A stretch of DNA of 63,929 nt, the filler included, from Octopus bimaculoides (taxonomy: Eukaryota): assembly GCF_001194135.2 (NCBI RefSeq). It is 3 parts of 3 records of this genome, joined end to end, with 100 filler letters (N's around TTAATTAATTAA, not from the genome) between each part and the next. Parts side by side here need not be neighbours in the genome. Positions count along the whole stretch, not along the records: positions 21,419 to 47,522 come from NC_068981.1; positions 47,623 to 63,929 come from NC_069002.1; 1 more part is not named here. One strand, given 5' to 3'. Position numbers and translations under genes: made by a program. A model generated the notes under the pieces. It saw only the letters and a program-made list of their open reading frames with translations, was not told the DNA's origin and made no database searches. Shown piece after piece: positions 37,412 to 50,149 of this stretch (within the stretch, counting starts at the first letter, position 1; the number at the start of each line of letters is the position of its first letter).

Positions 37412-38320
37412 CTATTCGAGCCGTGAGATAATGGAAGATACTCTTTTACTAACTGTTTCTATAATGGGTCTCTCGTTTGTATCTACAACCATCAAAGATT
37501 TAATTGTCTTAACAATAGCATTCTCTAGCTTATCGTTGCTGTTGACAATTGTTTCGGGTAGAATGATACCAACATTTGTCTGGTTGTGAAGAATGGTTGT
37601 TTCACTCCCTTCAAATGGTGGGTTACAAGTTAACATAAAATATAATATACTTCCAAGGCTCCAGATATCCGTGGGCAAGGGATCAAAAGGAGTACAACGG
37701 ATAACTTCTGGTGCTTGATATCGATAATCTCCCAAATAGTCATCGCTTAGAATTGGATTGCTTCTATCAACACCACAAGGGGTTGCTAATCCCCAATCAG
37801 CCAGCTTGGTGTCGAATTTTGAAGTTAACAATATATTGCTGGGAGTTATATCTCGATGGGCAATATTTTGAGAATGACTGTAATGTACTGCAGATGTTAA
37901 TTGGCTAAAAAATTGCATGATGTCGGATGTGGAAATTTTATGGTTACTCGTTACATACTGTTCAATATTACCATATTCAGCATACTCCATAATTATATAT
38001 AAACGGTTAGGTTTAAGGATAAATTCTTCTAGGATGATTATATTCGGGTGTTTAAACTTCGAGAGGCAGTATACCTCCGCACTGATGTATTTGTTATCTT
38101 GGAATTCTCCTTCAAAGCAGAGTCGTTTCAAAGCGTACATGCCGTCATTGTGTCTATTATAAACTTTATAGATTCGTCCAAAACCACCTCGACCGATTTC
38201 TTCAAGAATCTTGTATTTTGGTCTGTGTGCAATTTCATCTGTGTGCACTGAGGATTCATCGTTAGATTCCAAAGATGAATTTTCCATGTTAATTGTTACA
38301 CTTACGTTTATTTTATCCAT
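37412..38320 (-). CDS. Divergent Ser/Thr protein kinase, uninterrupted 302-aa ORF, CAMK-group/TSSK-like
   Basis: All subdomains are in order: IGRGGFGRIY, YALK, alphaC SAEV, HPNII, IMEYAEYG, HRDITPSNILL, KLADWGLA, YQAPE, DIWSLGSILYFML, PPF, terminal ERP. Double stop (TAG TGA). TSSK similarity is inferred from the LS...G..Y.APE segment and the lack of introns. Confidence 0.93.
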   Translation of the reverse strand: MDKINVSVTINMENSSLESNDESSVHTDEIAHRPKYKILEEIGRGGFGRIYKVYNRHNDGMYALKRLCFEGEFQDNKYISAEVYCLSKFKHPNIIILEEFILKPNRLYIIMEYAEYGNIEQYVTSNHKISTSDIMQFFSQLTSAVHYSHSQNIAHRDITPSNILLTSKFDTKLADWGLATPCGVDRSNPILSDDYLGDYRYQAPEVIRCTPFDPLPTDIWSLGSILYFMLTCNPPFEGSETTILHNQTNVGIILPETIVNSNDKLENAIVKTIKSLMVVDTNERPIIETVSKRVSSIISRLE

Positions 38321-38357
38321 TTGGTTTATTTTCTTTTCGGTGTTTTCCAGTTTGACT

Positions 38358-38375
38358 CTAAAAAAAGAAATAGTG
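38358..38375 (-). promoter_or_regulatory. Candidate 3' splice acceptor upstream of the kinase ATG
   Basis: Minus strand CTATTTCTTTTTTTAG|AGTC lies 37 nt before the ATG, and the intervening sequence is open in the kinase frame. Confidence 0.5.
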
Positions 38376-40800
38376 ATAGCAGTTGAATGACATATTTTAA
38401 TACATTAGCAATTTTCTTATGATACTATTAGTTACTTTATAAATTGCATTTATTCCAGGGAATTTGGAATTAAACTTGTACTGAACAGTTCTTTTACTAT
38501 TTGCTGCATTAGATATCTTAAATTAGTAGTTTTATCATGAAAGAAACGACAATATAAGAGAAAATGTAAATGAAGTATTTTGTTTTATAATGACGTTAAT
38601 ACTTATGCACGGTTGTGCGAATAAAGTTTAAGACCAGAAGAGATAAACGTCAATCTGGATAATTAATTCAGGAGAGCAATGAATAACAAATATAGAAAAT
38701 CACACAGCATTTACAATTGCATACATAGCATACGCATTTTACCGTAACTAAGCATACATTGAAGACAGATGTAGAATCAACCAGATATTTTGACAGGCGA
38801 TTTTGTTGAGGCACTGTTTCTAATCACTTCAGTGAGAGGACCCGAGTTTTATATATAGACCATTGAACTAGGTGGATTTTCTGTCAACATGTTATTATAT
38901 TTGAAAAAAAAAAATGGCTGACTATACATTTTACTCAGCAGCTATTCTTAACAAGATGAATACTTTCTAATAAAGAATTTGAAACAGGATAACTTCTCCG
39001 CTATCGATTATTGAATGAACATATTACTATTCATTATTTCGATCAAATCAGTGTCAGGATGACTTACAAAACTATCCGTAAAAAGTATTGTAATAAACCT
39101 GATGAACATTATTTTCATTGTAATTTACAAGCTATAAATGACTATCAACTTGGCGGCAATATCTCTACCATTTGATTTCAAAGAATAACTATTGATGCAT
39201 TTCCTTACTATTTCATGCTTTATACTTTCAAGAAATAAGAACAACTTAATTCGAAAGAAATTTCACACTGAATGTAGACTAAAATGGGATGGATCAAAGA
39301 TCATCTTTACTAATCTGACATGTTTGAAGGAATAACGTGTAGCATGGAGAAACATTTGACGGTTCATAAGAATAAGGAGCGTTGAGAATACCCATTATAT
39401 TTGAGAACAAAACTTCAATAGATTTTTGTATGGGGACGGGGCGGATGAATTTTTTTTTTTTTTTTTTTCTAAATATAATTTAAATAATCCTTTAAATGAC
39501 CTTAATTCCATTCAGAACAGCAGTAAAATAATACACATATCTTTCCTGATATGTTTATTCAATACCAAAGTGTTACATATTTCAATGACTCAGAGTAACA
39601 TCAAATCTATAAATTCATTCTAAATCTCAATAATGGACAGCTATAAATTGAATGTGAATTGTTTAATTATGGTCTAATTTCTATATAATCGAGGTTAACT
39701 TTAAAAAACCAGATTGCTCTAAGGACTACCGACAAAAAAAGAAGCATAACCATAACGATGATACTCAAAGACATACAATTATCAAAACTATTCAGGGAAC
39801 AAGACAACGCTGACAGAAAAATACAGTCACATAAATTAGAAGACACTGTTAACATGTAAACTTACATTGAATCGATGATTTTTCTCCATCTATCTGAAAC
39901 AAGACACACGTTTAACTACAAAAAAAAAAAAAAAAGAAAAATGGAATCAATCCATTTAGTTCAAAGCGCTGCGGGGTTTCTCGAAAAATTATTTGTAGAA
40001 GTGAATAAAAAAAGCGCGCAAAATGAAAACCTCTCGCCTTCGTAGTATGCTTTTCGTAAAAGCATTGTAAGAATATTCAGTTATTTTTGGTAAGAAATGA
40101 TTATTCGCAAATCATCAGAAAAAACATTTGCGAATATTTAAAAATCTAGCATGAAAGGAAGTATGACGATGAAGCAGATATTCTCTTTGAATCATAAGGA
40201 CGACGCTGTGCGACTGNNNNNNNNNNNNNNNNNNNNNNNNNNNNNNNNNNNNNNNNNNNNNNNNNNNNNNNNNNNNNNNNNNNNNNNNNNNNNNNNNNNN
40301 NNNNNNNNNNNNNNNNNNNNNNNNNNNNNNNNNNNNNNNNNNNNNNNNNNNNNNNNNNNNNNNNNNNNNNNNNNNNNNNNNNNNNNNNNNNNNNNNNNNN
40401 NNNNNNNNNNNNNNNNNNNNNNNNNNNNNNNNNNNNNNNNNNNNNNNNNNNNNNNNNNNNNNNNNNNNNNNNNNNNNNNNNNNNNNNNNNNNNNNNNNNN
40501 NNNNNNNNNNNNNNNNNNNNCAAGCGCGGTCATGTATGTACATATGCATTCTATGGGCAAGTGAATGTTAGTACGCGCGAAAAATATTTCCGAAATTTGC
40601 AGTCTTTTCTTGAGTCACGGTTGTGGAGAAAAGGAAAATCTTCTAAAAAACACATCTTCTCGCTGGTAATTATATAAGCATTACACACACACACACACAC
40701 ACACACACTCTCGCACACACACACATATAGCTTCAGAAAAATCATCTATATTTAGAATATGAGTTGTAAGCTACGAGCTACGATTTAGTTTCAGGCTGTA

Positions 40801-41026
40801 CAGTAATCCCTCGACTATCGCGGGTGTCCCGTTCCAAACCCCTCCGCGATAGTTGAAAATCCGCGAAGTAGGGAACAGTACTGTACTGTATATTATTTTA
40901 TTATTATTTTTTATAATTCGTATATATTTATTTTATTATAAATGCAAAACAACACCATAGAGGAATCGACGTAAACTTAAATAATAAACCTCGACAGGTG
41001 AACTGCAATGTGGCGAGGGATTACTG
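40801..41026. mobile_element. Tc1/pogo(Tigger)-like MITE
   Basis: Perfect 13-bp TIR CAGTAATCCCTCG / CGAGGGATTACTG with TA on both sides. Confidence 0.9.
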
Positions 41027-41658
41027 TAATTTCTTTCATACAATTACCATATTTTTTTGCATCTGGGGAGAGTTATTCTCTATTAGTGCCTTACCGGTAA
41101 AATTTCCACTCATTTACTTATTTATTTTTCCTAAAAACGAAATTACCATATTCTTTTTCATATATATAATTATTTATAATTTGTTGAACCTACAAACTGA
41201 AAACTTTGAAGAGATTCACTTTGATATCCTGAGAATTTCTTGGCCAAAATATACATTTCAATTTGAAGATAAAAATCTATAAAGTTTTACAAAATGTAGG
41301 CAAGAAAATAAATGTTCGTTTTAGGAAGAATCTTTCTCTCTCATAACATTTACTGCTATATCCAAGCACTTAGCCATACACGTTATCACTACCAGAACTA
41401 TGAGCCAACGAACAAATCTCTAGAAAGTCGGTCGATTAGTTAGAATTAGCAGCTAGATATCCCACAAATAATACCCTATCATCTTATAAAAAGTAAGAAC
41501 TCATTGGATAATGTGGTCCTAAATACACTAAGCCTGCGATAGAAAGTGTACAAGATGGCCTTGGCTGGACTGCCTTCAACCATAGATCAGCTCGATCAGG
41601 AATGACTAAGAATATCACTACTATTAAACTTTTTTGTGTAGATATGAATAGATTAGAA

Positions 41659-41805
41659 CGGTCGTGAGCAAACTGCGGCCCGCGGAACTTCCTGAATGGC
41701 ACACCTAACGAAAAAATTGCCTTAAACTTTCTTAGTAATGTGGTCCTGCTGATGATGAGTCATGTTTGATGCAGCCCGTTCCTCGAGAAATGTTGCCCGT
41801 GCCTG
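41659..41805. mobile_element. hAT (Charlie/Buster-like) MITE
   Basis: GCAAACTGCGGCCCGCGG subterminal motif and TTGCCCGTGCCTG right end. The 8-bp flanks GATTAGAA / GACTAGAA match at 7 of 8. Confidence 0.7.
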
Positions 41806-42220
41806 GACTAGAATCATTACCACTAGATGACATTGCGATATATCTAAAGCGACCATCTTAAACATAGACGAAAGATGGCTGAAATATAACCATCAAAATA
41901 GTAAGTGCTAGCCAACGAACTATGAACAATTTGCAAATAACAGAAAATTCCAACTCCTAGGATTCTAAAATTGTACGCATGTGCATATCTATATATACAA
42001 ACGCATATGGGCTTCTTACATTTTTTCTATCCTCTTTGCCTGTCTCTTATTACATGGAAGCTTTCAATTTTGACATACACACATATGTATGCATTCATAT
42101 ACAAATTCACACGTATGTAATGGTCTTCGTCTACATATGTACACATAAAATATAACTCACTTTCCTTATCCTCACATTTTCTGTTTATTGCTGACTCATA
42201 GAAAAATGCACATACACGCG

Positions 42221-42286
<66 letters not shown>

Positions 42287-42734
42287 NNNNNNNNNNNNNN
42301 NNNNNNNNNNNNNNNNNNNNNNNNNNNNNNNNNNNNNNNNNNNNNNNNNNNNNNNNNNNNNNNNNNNNNNNNNNNNNNNNNNNNNNNNNNNNNNNNNNNN
42401 NNNNNNNNNNNNNNNNNNNNNNNNNNNNNNNNNNNNNNNNNNNNNNNNNNNNNNNNNNNNNNNNNNNNNNNNNNNNNNNNNNNNNNNNNNNNNNNNNNNN
42501 NNNNNNNNNNNNNNNNNNNNNNNNNNNNNNNNNNNNNNNNNNNNNNNNNNNNNNNNNNNNNNNNNNNNNNNNNNNNNNNNNNNNNNNNNNNNNNNNNNNN
42601 NNNNNNNNNNNNNNNNNNNNNNNNNNNNNNNNNNNNNNNNNNNNNNNNNNNNNNNNNNNNNNNNNNNNNNNNNNNNNNNNNNNNNNNNNNNNNNNNNNNN
42701 NNNNNNNNNNNNNNNNNNNNNNNNNNNNNNNNNN

Positions 42735-42777
<43 letters not shown>

Positions 42778-43029
42778 GCCAAATTTATCAATCCTTGACA
42801 TTTTACATATATCAGTTTTAACTGGGAAATAATATCAATGCTCTTATGTAAAATAGTAAATATTTATACAAGACTAAGTGGAAGAAACTTCCCCTCAATA
42901 AATAACTGCTAGTTTTTGTTACTTGTTGTTTATAAATTTGTTGTACACTACATTCACTGGACATATAATTTTGTCAAGAAATTCAATCTTACGGTGAGGT
43001 TTCCGCATAAAAGGAATTTTTTAATGATA

Positions 43030-43481
43030 CAGTACCGGACCTCTTATACGGCTTCCAGAACTCCGGAAATACTACAACATACTGTACTCCGTTTTGAGTA
43101 AACAAACCCTATTTTTGAAGTTGGTTAATTTGCATACTGTGTGTTCTTTACCTTTTTTTGTAGATTGATAGAAATTAAATATACTCTGCTTTAGAATCGT
43201 ATTAATTTGTATCTGTATCTTAAATAAAATCGTATTCATTACTTTTCATTTAATTTTCATTTAATTTGTAGATTATAATATATTTTAAGAATTCTAATAT
43301 GAAATAGACCCTGCTTTAGAAATGTTTCAATTTGTATCTATTAAATACAATTTAGTTCTTTACATTTGATAGTTTATTTTATATTTTAAGTATATATTTA
43401 GGCTGTCTCAAGAAAACCAGAAAATCTGGAAATCCGTGACACCACTGGTCCCAAGCTTGCCAAAATATTGGTCCAGTATTG
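43030..43481. mobile_element. Tc1/pogo-like MITE, degenerate
   Basis: TA-CAGTACCGGACC ... GGTCCAGTATTG-TA (10 of 12 TIR positions match). Confidence 0.65.
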
Positions 43482-45209
43482 TATCTAAGTAACTAAACCC
43501 ATTATGATTTTTCTTCAAACGACTAAACTGGCACATCATTTCAGGGAAAAATAATCTTAGGTTAAAATTTAATGTACAAGGAGAAATGGTTTAATTGTCA
43601 GTGTTATTTCTTAAATGGCAGCGCTTTCGCAATGAATATGACAAGTAATTAAAAATGAAAGGTAGGTCAAAGCGTATAATTTCGAAGTAATTTTTCCGTC
43701 TTCTCTCGTGTCGAACCAGTCTCTTTAAGACCATTTATTCAAATTCTTTCACGGTTATTGAGTAATATAAACTATAGCAACGGTTTTAATATCATCTGAC
43801 GTTATAGCGACAAGTGAAAACAAGAATGGTAAGTGGTTGCGCACGAATATTTGTCTATTCTTAAAAAGTTTTTGTCGCTGTTTTAAAATTTGCTTAAATA
43901 TTATTGCGTCCGCAAAGATTGGAGCGTCTCTGGCAAGCAATTGCAAATGGAAGATAGGATAGTGAACGAAAGAATAAGAAAACATTTCTTACCTTCTGTA
44001 ATTGAACGATGATCCCCTTGTGGAACATCGGTAGATATTTATTAAAATTCCTATAAATTCGCTTCAAACTCTACTAAAATATTCATTTAAAAAGTAGTAA
44101 TAAAATAACATGGCAGAATCAACTAACAAAAGATTCAGGCGGGCATTTTAGAAGATTAGTATTTTAAAATACTCAATATTGCTTCAGCTTGAAAAGAAAA
44201 TATATTATTTTCAACAAACTGGCATTGCAAGCTAGCATTTAGGTTCTGCATTGTTAGATTCATATTCACTTTTCAAATACATTTACATGATTCATTCATT
44301 GTAATTCAATCTACGTAAAGTAAGAGTTGAGATTGTCTGGAGCATTTATGATGGGTTTGAAGCAATAATTAGGACGCTGCAGTAAGCGAAAACAAGATGG
44401 GACTTAAATTTTTAGTACATTATGATGTTAAGATTCATGTCATTCCTGAGCAGGGACTAAAATCCATCTCAAGTTTTTATACTGGGATATTAACAATGCA
44501 TACTAATGGAATAGTCGCCAATTCTAGAACTCTACAAGAAATAGCATAATTGTACTTATTTGTTGTATGACTAGTCGACTAGCTACACTCAACTGTCTTT
44601 GATAGAAACACTGAACTGCCGTTCTGGTTAAAGTATGCAAATCATCGACGTTTCAGACAGTAGACCAGCATCCCAATGACTGGCAACTAGGACTCTGCGT
44701 TAATATGTTTGAGTTTATTAAATCCTTTTACTGTATGTTGGAGGAGGAAAAACATGGATGTTGTTTTTCATGGCAATTTTTATTATATGCTAATTCTTAG
44801 CCTCGAGACAGAAATTCATAAACAAACTGGGGTTTTTCCCCACCATTTTATTAGAAATTGTGAGTAATAGTTTAAAGTTTAAAATATTTTGTAAGAATCA
44901 AAAGCAAGGGGCATAAAAAAAAAAGATTATTCGACTTTTGACTTTTCGTTGAATTCATGTAAATCCCCTTTTATAAATACAGTTTCAGTTAAACACTGGG
45001 TTAAAAACAAAAAGACCGAATGCTCATGCATCGTAAGTTAAAATCCGTAACAAACATTTCATCATGTTTCTGGGCAAAGCATTTTATTCTATAGAGCTTT
45101 TGATCTCTAAACTGCCGAGAAGAGATACCATATTTTCTAGTGGGAATCAATATGGCTGCTCATTCGCCACCCCCATACACACACACGCACATCTCTATCT
45201 TTTTTTGTT

Positions 45210-45590
45210 TTAGTTATTAGACTGCGGCCATGCAGGAGCACCGCCTTGAAGGGTTTAATCGAATATATCGACCACAGTACTATCTTTTGAAGTCTGGTAC
45301 TTATTCTATCGGTTTCTCTTGCCGAAACGCTAAGTAAAGGGGACGTAAACAAACCAACACCTGTTGTCAAGTTGTGGGGTAGGGGAACAGCATAAGTACA
45401 AACACACTCACATACATATGTATATATATACATGTATACGATAGGCTTCCACTCAGTTTCTGTTTACCAAATTCACTCACAAGGCATTGGTCGACCTGTG
45501 GTTATAGTGGAAAACGCTTGCCCAAGGTGCCTCGCAGTGGGATTGAACCCATGTGGTTGCAAAACGAGCTTCTTAATCACACAGCCATGA
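45210..45590 (-). mobile_element. SINE family A
   Basis: Collinear with the other family A copies. Confidence 0.85.
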
Positions 45591-45669
45591 AAAATCAAGT
45601 AAATTATGTTTATTGTACCATCGCAACTGGATAAATAAAAAAAAAAGATGTTTATAGACTTTTTTTATT

Positions 45670-46110
45670 ATTATTGGTTTCAGTCATTTGACTGCGGCCA
45701 TGCTGGAGCACCACCTTTAGTCGAGAAAATCGACCCCAGGACTTATTCACCGCTAAGTGACAGGGACGTAAACACACCAGCATCGGTTGTCAAGCGATGT
45801 TGGGGGGACAAACACAGACACACAAACATATACATACATACATACATATATNNNNNNNNNNNNNNNNNNNNNNNNNNNNNNNNNNNNNNNNNNNNNNNNN
45901 NNNNNNNNNNNNNNNNNNNNNNNNNNNNNNNNNNNNNNNNNNNNNNNNNNNNNNNNNNNNNNNNNNTATATATATATACGGCGGGCTTATTTCAGTTTCC
46001 GTCTACCAAATCAACTCACAAGACTTTGGTCGGCCCGAGGCTATAGTAGAAGACACTTGCCTAAGGTGCCACGGTAAGCAAGCTACTTACCACACAGCCA
46101 CTCATGCGCC
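45670..46110 (-). mobile_element. SINE family A (gap within its internal microsatellite)
   Basis: Both halves are present; tandem to the 45210 copy. Confidence 0.9.
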
Positions 46111-46443
46111 TATAAACTTTTATAATCCTTTTTTTAGTAAATGCAATATAATTTGTACGTAAATATAATTTCTTTGGGTTTTTCATGTTCAGTTTGACAG
46201 ATAAAATTTCACGCTAAATTTAAAAACGGAAACGTTACAGAGAGAAAGTACATAAACACATATCCTAAACTGATTTAACACCTTATCATTGTGGGTATAA
46301 TATTCAAGACGGAAATAACATCCGTGAAATATATTTAGTGAGGAAACAGCTCATTGAACCAAATCGTACTTCTTCAAAATATCTGCAAACTGAAATAGCT
46401 TTTCTCAACATAATACTAACCTACCATCAGTAGTAGTAGTAGC

Positions 46444-46514
<71 letters not shown>

Positions 46515-46666
46515 AGATTATTTCAGTGATCTTTTCCAAAGAAAATACAACTTCATGTAAGTAAGAAATTACCATGTTTTACAATATCGGTTCTATTTCA
46601 CTACAAAGAAAAGCAGTGTAGGTGCATCTTGATAACGCTGATAAACTACATACTTCGCTCGCGGAA

Positions 46667-46701
<35 letters not shown>

Positions 46702-47476
46702 ATAGGAGCAACCATCAAATGCCTGTCTATTCTACTTGGCTTATTACATAATAACTATTCAAAATAAATATTGTTCATCAATAGGTGGTTAGCTTTATAG
46801 ACTTCATTTAAAGAGGAAATGTGAGCTCGGAAAATAGCTGCGCAACTTTTGAAAAGTACATAATAATATTTTGTTTCCATCTGACAAAGACATCAAGTCG
46901 TAGTTTGCCAGCCGAGATTATATCAGTCTACTTAATACTGAGATATTTTATATACCTTGGTCCAATCTAATTAACTATATACGACGTATGTCATGTGTTG
47001 CTAAGTACATGGGGTGAAAAGAGCAAGTATTTCGTATATAACGAGAGTTTAGTTAGTATTAAGTTTCTTTTGATCTACGGGAATGCTTCTTATGAGCTTA
47101 TACGAGAATTGCCCGCGTCATGACATTATTTCAATTAATTCTTTTACTCGAGCAACAAAATGGTTTCGATAAATATTAATCTGGTAGAAGTTAATTTGAA
47201 ATCTGCGGACAACAGGAAATATCAATTAAAAGAAAAGGAACAGGGTGTGTAGATAGCAAAAAATATGTTAGATTGGCGGAAGCACAATGACCAATAGAAA
47301 TAATTAGCATTAGGGTCAAAGCGACAGCAAATTGCTACCGAAGTCTTATCGAAAATTGGAACACGAGTGCTTGCAAAGAAAGACGGAGTCTAATAATATC
47401 AGAAGTATGAAAGTATCAAATGAGCATTGAACATATCAAGAATTAGCGCTGTTCAATGAAGATAAATATTTTCACA

Positions 47477-47522
<46 letters not shown>

Positions 47523-47566
47523 NNNNNNNNNNNNNNNNNNNNNNNNNNNNNNNNNNNNNNNNNNNN

Positions 47567-47578
47567 TTAATTAATTAA
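47567..47578. other. Assembly spacer TTAATTAATTAA within a 44N+12+44N gap
   Basis: Same construct as 21319-21418. Confidence 0.9.
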
Positions 47579-47634
47579 NNNNNNNNNNNNNNNNNNNNNN
47601 NNNNNNNNNNNNNNNNNNNNNNATATATATATAT

Positions 47635-47800
47635 ATATACGATAGGCTTCTTTCAGTTTCCGTCTACAAAATCCACTCACAAAGCTTTGATCAGCCCAAG
47701 GCTATAGCAGAAGACACTTGCCCAAGGTGCCATGCAGTGGGATTGAACCCGGAACCATGTGGTTGGTAATCAAGCTACTTACCACACAGCCACTCCTGTG
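47635..47800 (-). mobile_element. SINE family A, 5' half
   Basis: Head-to-head with the plus-strand copy at 47855. Confidence 0.9.
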
Positions 47801-47854
47801 CCTATATATATACATATGCTGTGTGTGTGTATGTATATGTGTGCTATGTGTGTG

Positions 47855-48630
47855 TGTGGCTGTGTTTACGAACCACATGGTTCCGGGTTCAGTCCCACTG
47901 CGTGGTACTTGGGCAAGTGCCTTCTACTATAGCCTCGGGCCGACCAAAGCCTTGTGAGTGGCTTTGGTAGAAAAAGGATTGAAAGAAGCCCGTCTTGTAT
48001 ATATATATTAGGATAGCTGGTCCCTCTGTTGGGTCGACATGTGGTAGACTCTCTTCTTCCTATTCATTCTCTTTATTAAGCAGCCTTCCACAGTGGCGGC
48101 TCAAAACCTCTCTCTTTGCAGCCTTGTTTAGTGCAAGTGAGCCATCATCTAAGTGGACACATTTCTCTCCTATGACATCACAATTATAGAACTGATTTTA
48201 AATTCTCATTCGCAGGATAATGCTACACTTTTTTCTGCAAAATATAGGGGTACTTTATCCTGTTCAGGCTATATTATTAGCATTATCCTGCGTTTGGGAA
48301 ATGAAAATCACTTCTTTAACTTCTAAGACATCTCAATGCTTCTAAAAGCAAACTTCGTTTGTTTGTTTACGTTTATCGTAATTTGAATTTAAAATATATA
48401 TATTTATGAGTGCGTGTATATGTTTGTGTGTCTGTGTTTGTCCCCCCCAGCATCACTTGACAACCGATACTGGGGTGTTTACGTCCCCGTATCTAGCGGT
48501 TCGGCAAAAGAGACCGATAGAATAAGTACTAGGCTTAGAAAAATAAGTCCTGGGGTCGATTTGCTCGACTAAAAAGTGGTGCTCCGGCATGGCCACAGTC
48601 AAATGACTGAAACAAGTAAAAGAGAGTAAA
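47855..48630 (+). mobile_element. SINE family A split by an insertion of about 390 bp in its microsatellite linker
   Basis: Head at 47855-48000 (B-box GGTTCAGTCCC) and 3' half at about 48410-48630. Confidence 0.85.
48012..48185 (-). mobile_element. RTE-clade LINE ORF2 linker fragment nested in a SINE
   Basis: Minus translation IGEKCVHLDDGSLALNKAAKREVLSRHCGRLLNKENE*EEESLPHVDPTEGPAI resembles the EN-RT linker of RTE elements. Confidence 0.7.
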
Positions 48631-49079
48631 AAGAAAATAATATCGACAATAATCATTATTGTTGNNNNNNNNNNNNNNNNNNNNNNNNNNNNNNNNNNNN
48701 NNNNNNNNNNNNNNNNNNNNNNNNNNNNNNNNNNNNNNNNNNNNNNNNNNNNNNNNNNNNNNNNNNNNNNNNNNNNNNNNNNNNNNNNNNNNNNNNNNNN
48801 NNNNNNNNNNNNNNNNNNNNNNNNNNNNNNNNNNNNNNNNNNNNNNNNNNNNNNNNNNNNNNNNNNNNNTATATATATATATGTTATGCGTATGTATGTA
48901 TGTATGTATGTATATATGTATTTATACATACACAATTCGTAATATACATATACATGTTGTTTTTAAGAATTTAGTAAATTATATTATATAAACCTTGAAA
49001 TTATATCATGTTATAAACCTTGAAATACATGAAGCAATGGATAATAGCATGTAGGAATGTAGAATATTATTGTTTTATT

Positions 49080-49360
49080 CTTTTACTTGTTTCAGTAAAA
49101 GCTGAACCACTAAGTTGCGGGGACGTAAACACACCAACACTGGTTGTCAAGCAATGGTGGTGGGGGATAAACATGGACACACACACAAGCATATACATAT
49201 ATATATACAACGGGCTTATTTCAGTTTCCATCTACAAAATCCACTCATATGGCTTTGGTCAACCTGAGGCTATAGTAGAAGACACTTGCCCAAGGCACCA
49301 CACAGTGGGACTGAACCCAGAACCATGTAGTTTGTAAGCAAGCTACTTACCACACTGCCA
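49080..49360 (-). mobile_element. SINE family A with an internal deletion
   Basis: TTACTTGTTTCAGT is joined directly to GAACCACTAAGTT; the head is present. Confidence 0.85.
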
Positions 49361-50149
49361 CAAAAAATCCCTCTCAGTGGAAAATGTTGAAGGCTGCCTC
49401 TGGGACATGAATCAGATCTGTCAAACTGGATGAAGAAAATTCAAAGTGATGCTTTGGTATAATGCTTTGCATGTCTGTCATGTTAACAGAAGATATGAGT
49501 TCACATCCCAAAGGTAGCCTTCAATTTCTTTCAATCAAAGGGTCTTTTTTTTTTACCTTAGTATTCTAAATGCAGCTAGTTGTAGCCTTAACTTCTTCAA
49601 GAGAATGGAAGTAAATGTTTTTACTATGGTAGAACTTGAAGTTTTAAAATTCTTATGATGTGAAACATAATTCTCACTGGTAGGAAAAAAGTTTCTAAAA
49701 TGGATGGAGAAAATTGAAAGAGTTGCTTTTGTAAAATGGTTAGAATGTCTATTATGGTCATAAATGATATGGGTTTGGCCCCAAAGTCAGCTTTTGACTT
49801 TCATATTCAAGGGGGTTGTTTTATGCTAATACTGCACATCTTACGTTTGGTGAGTTGGCAGAACCATTAACATGCATGATAAAATATTTTGTGACATTTC
49901 TTCAAACTTCACATTTCACATTCTGTTGGAGTTGATTTTTCCTTTCATCCTTTTGGAATTAATGTAATTGGCTAGCCCCCGCCTACTCTGCCAAAATTTC
50001 TAGCCCCACCACTGTGACTATAGTGGAAAAGGTTATCAATTGCTCTACTGCAAGTTCTACTGTTTAAATAAAAATTCACACATACACATGCATACACACA
50101 CATGTATATGCATCTATATATGTACACACACTACGTATGTGTGTGCATT

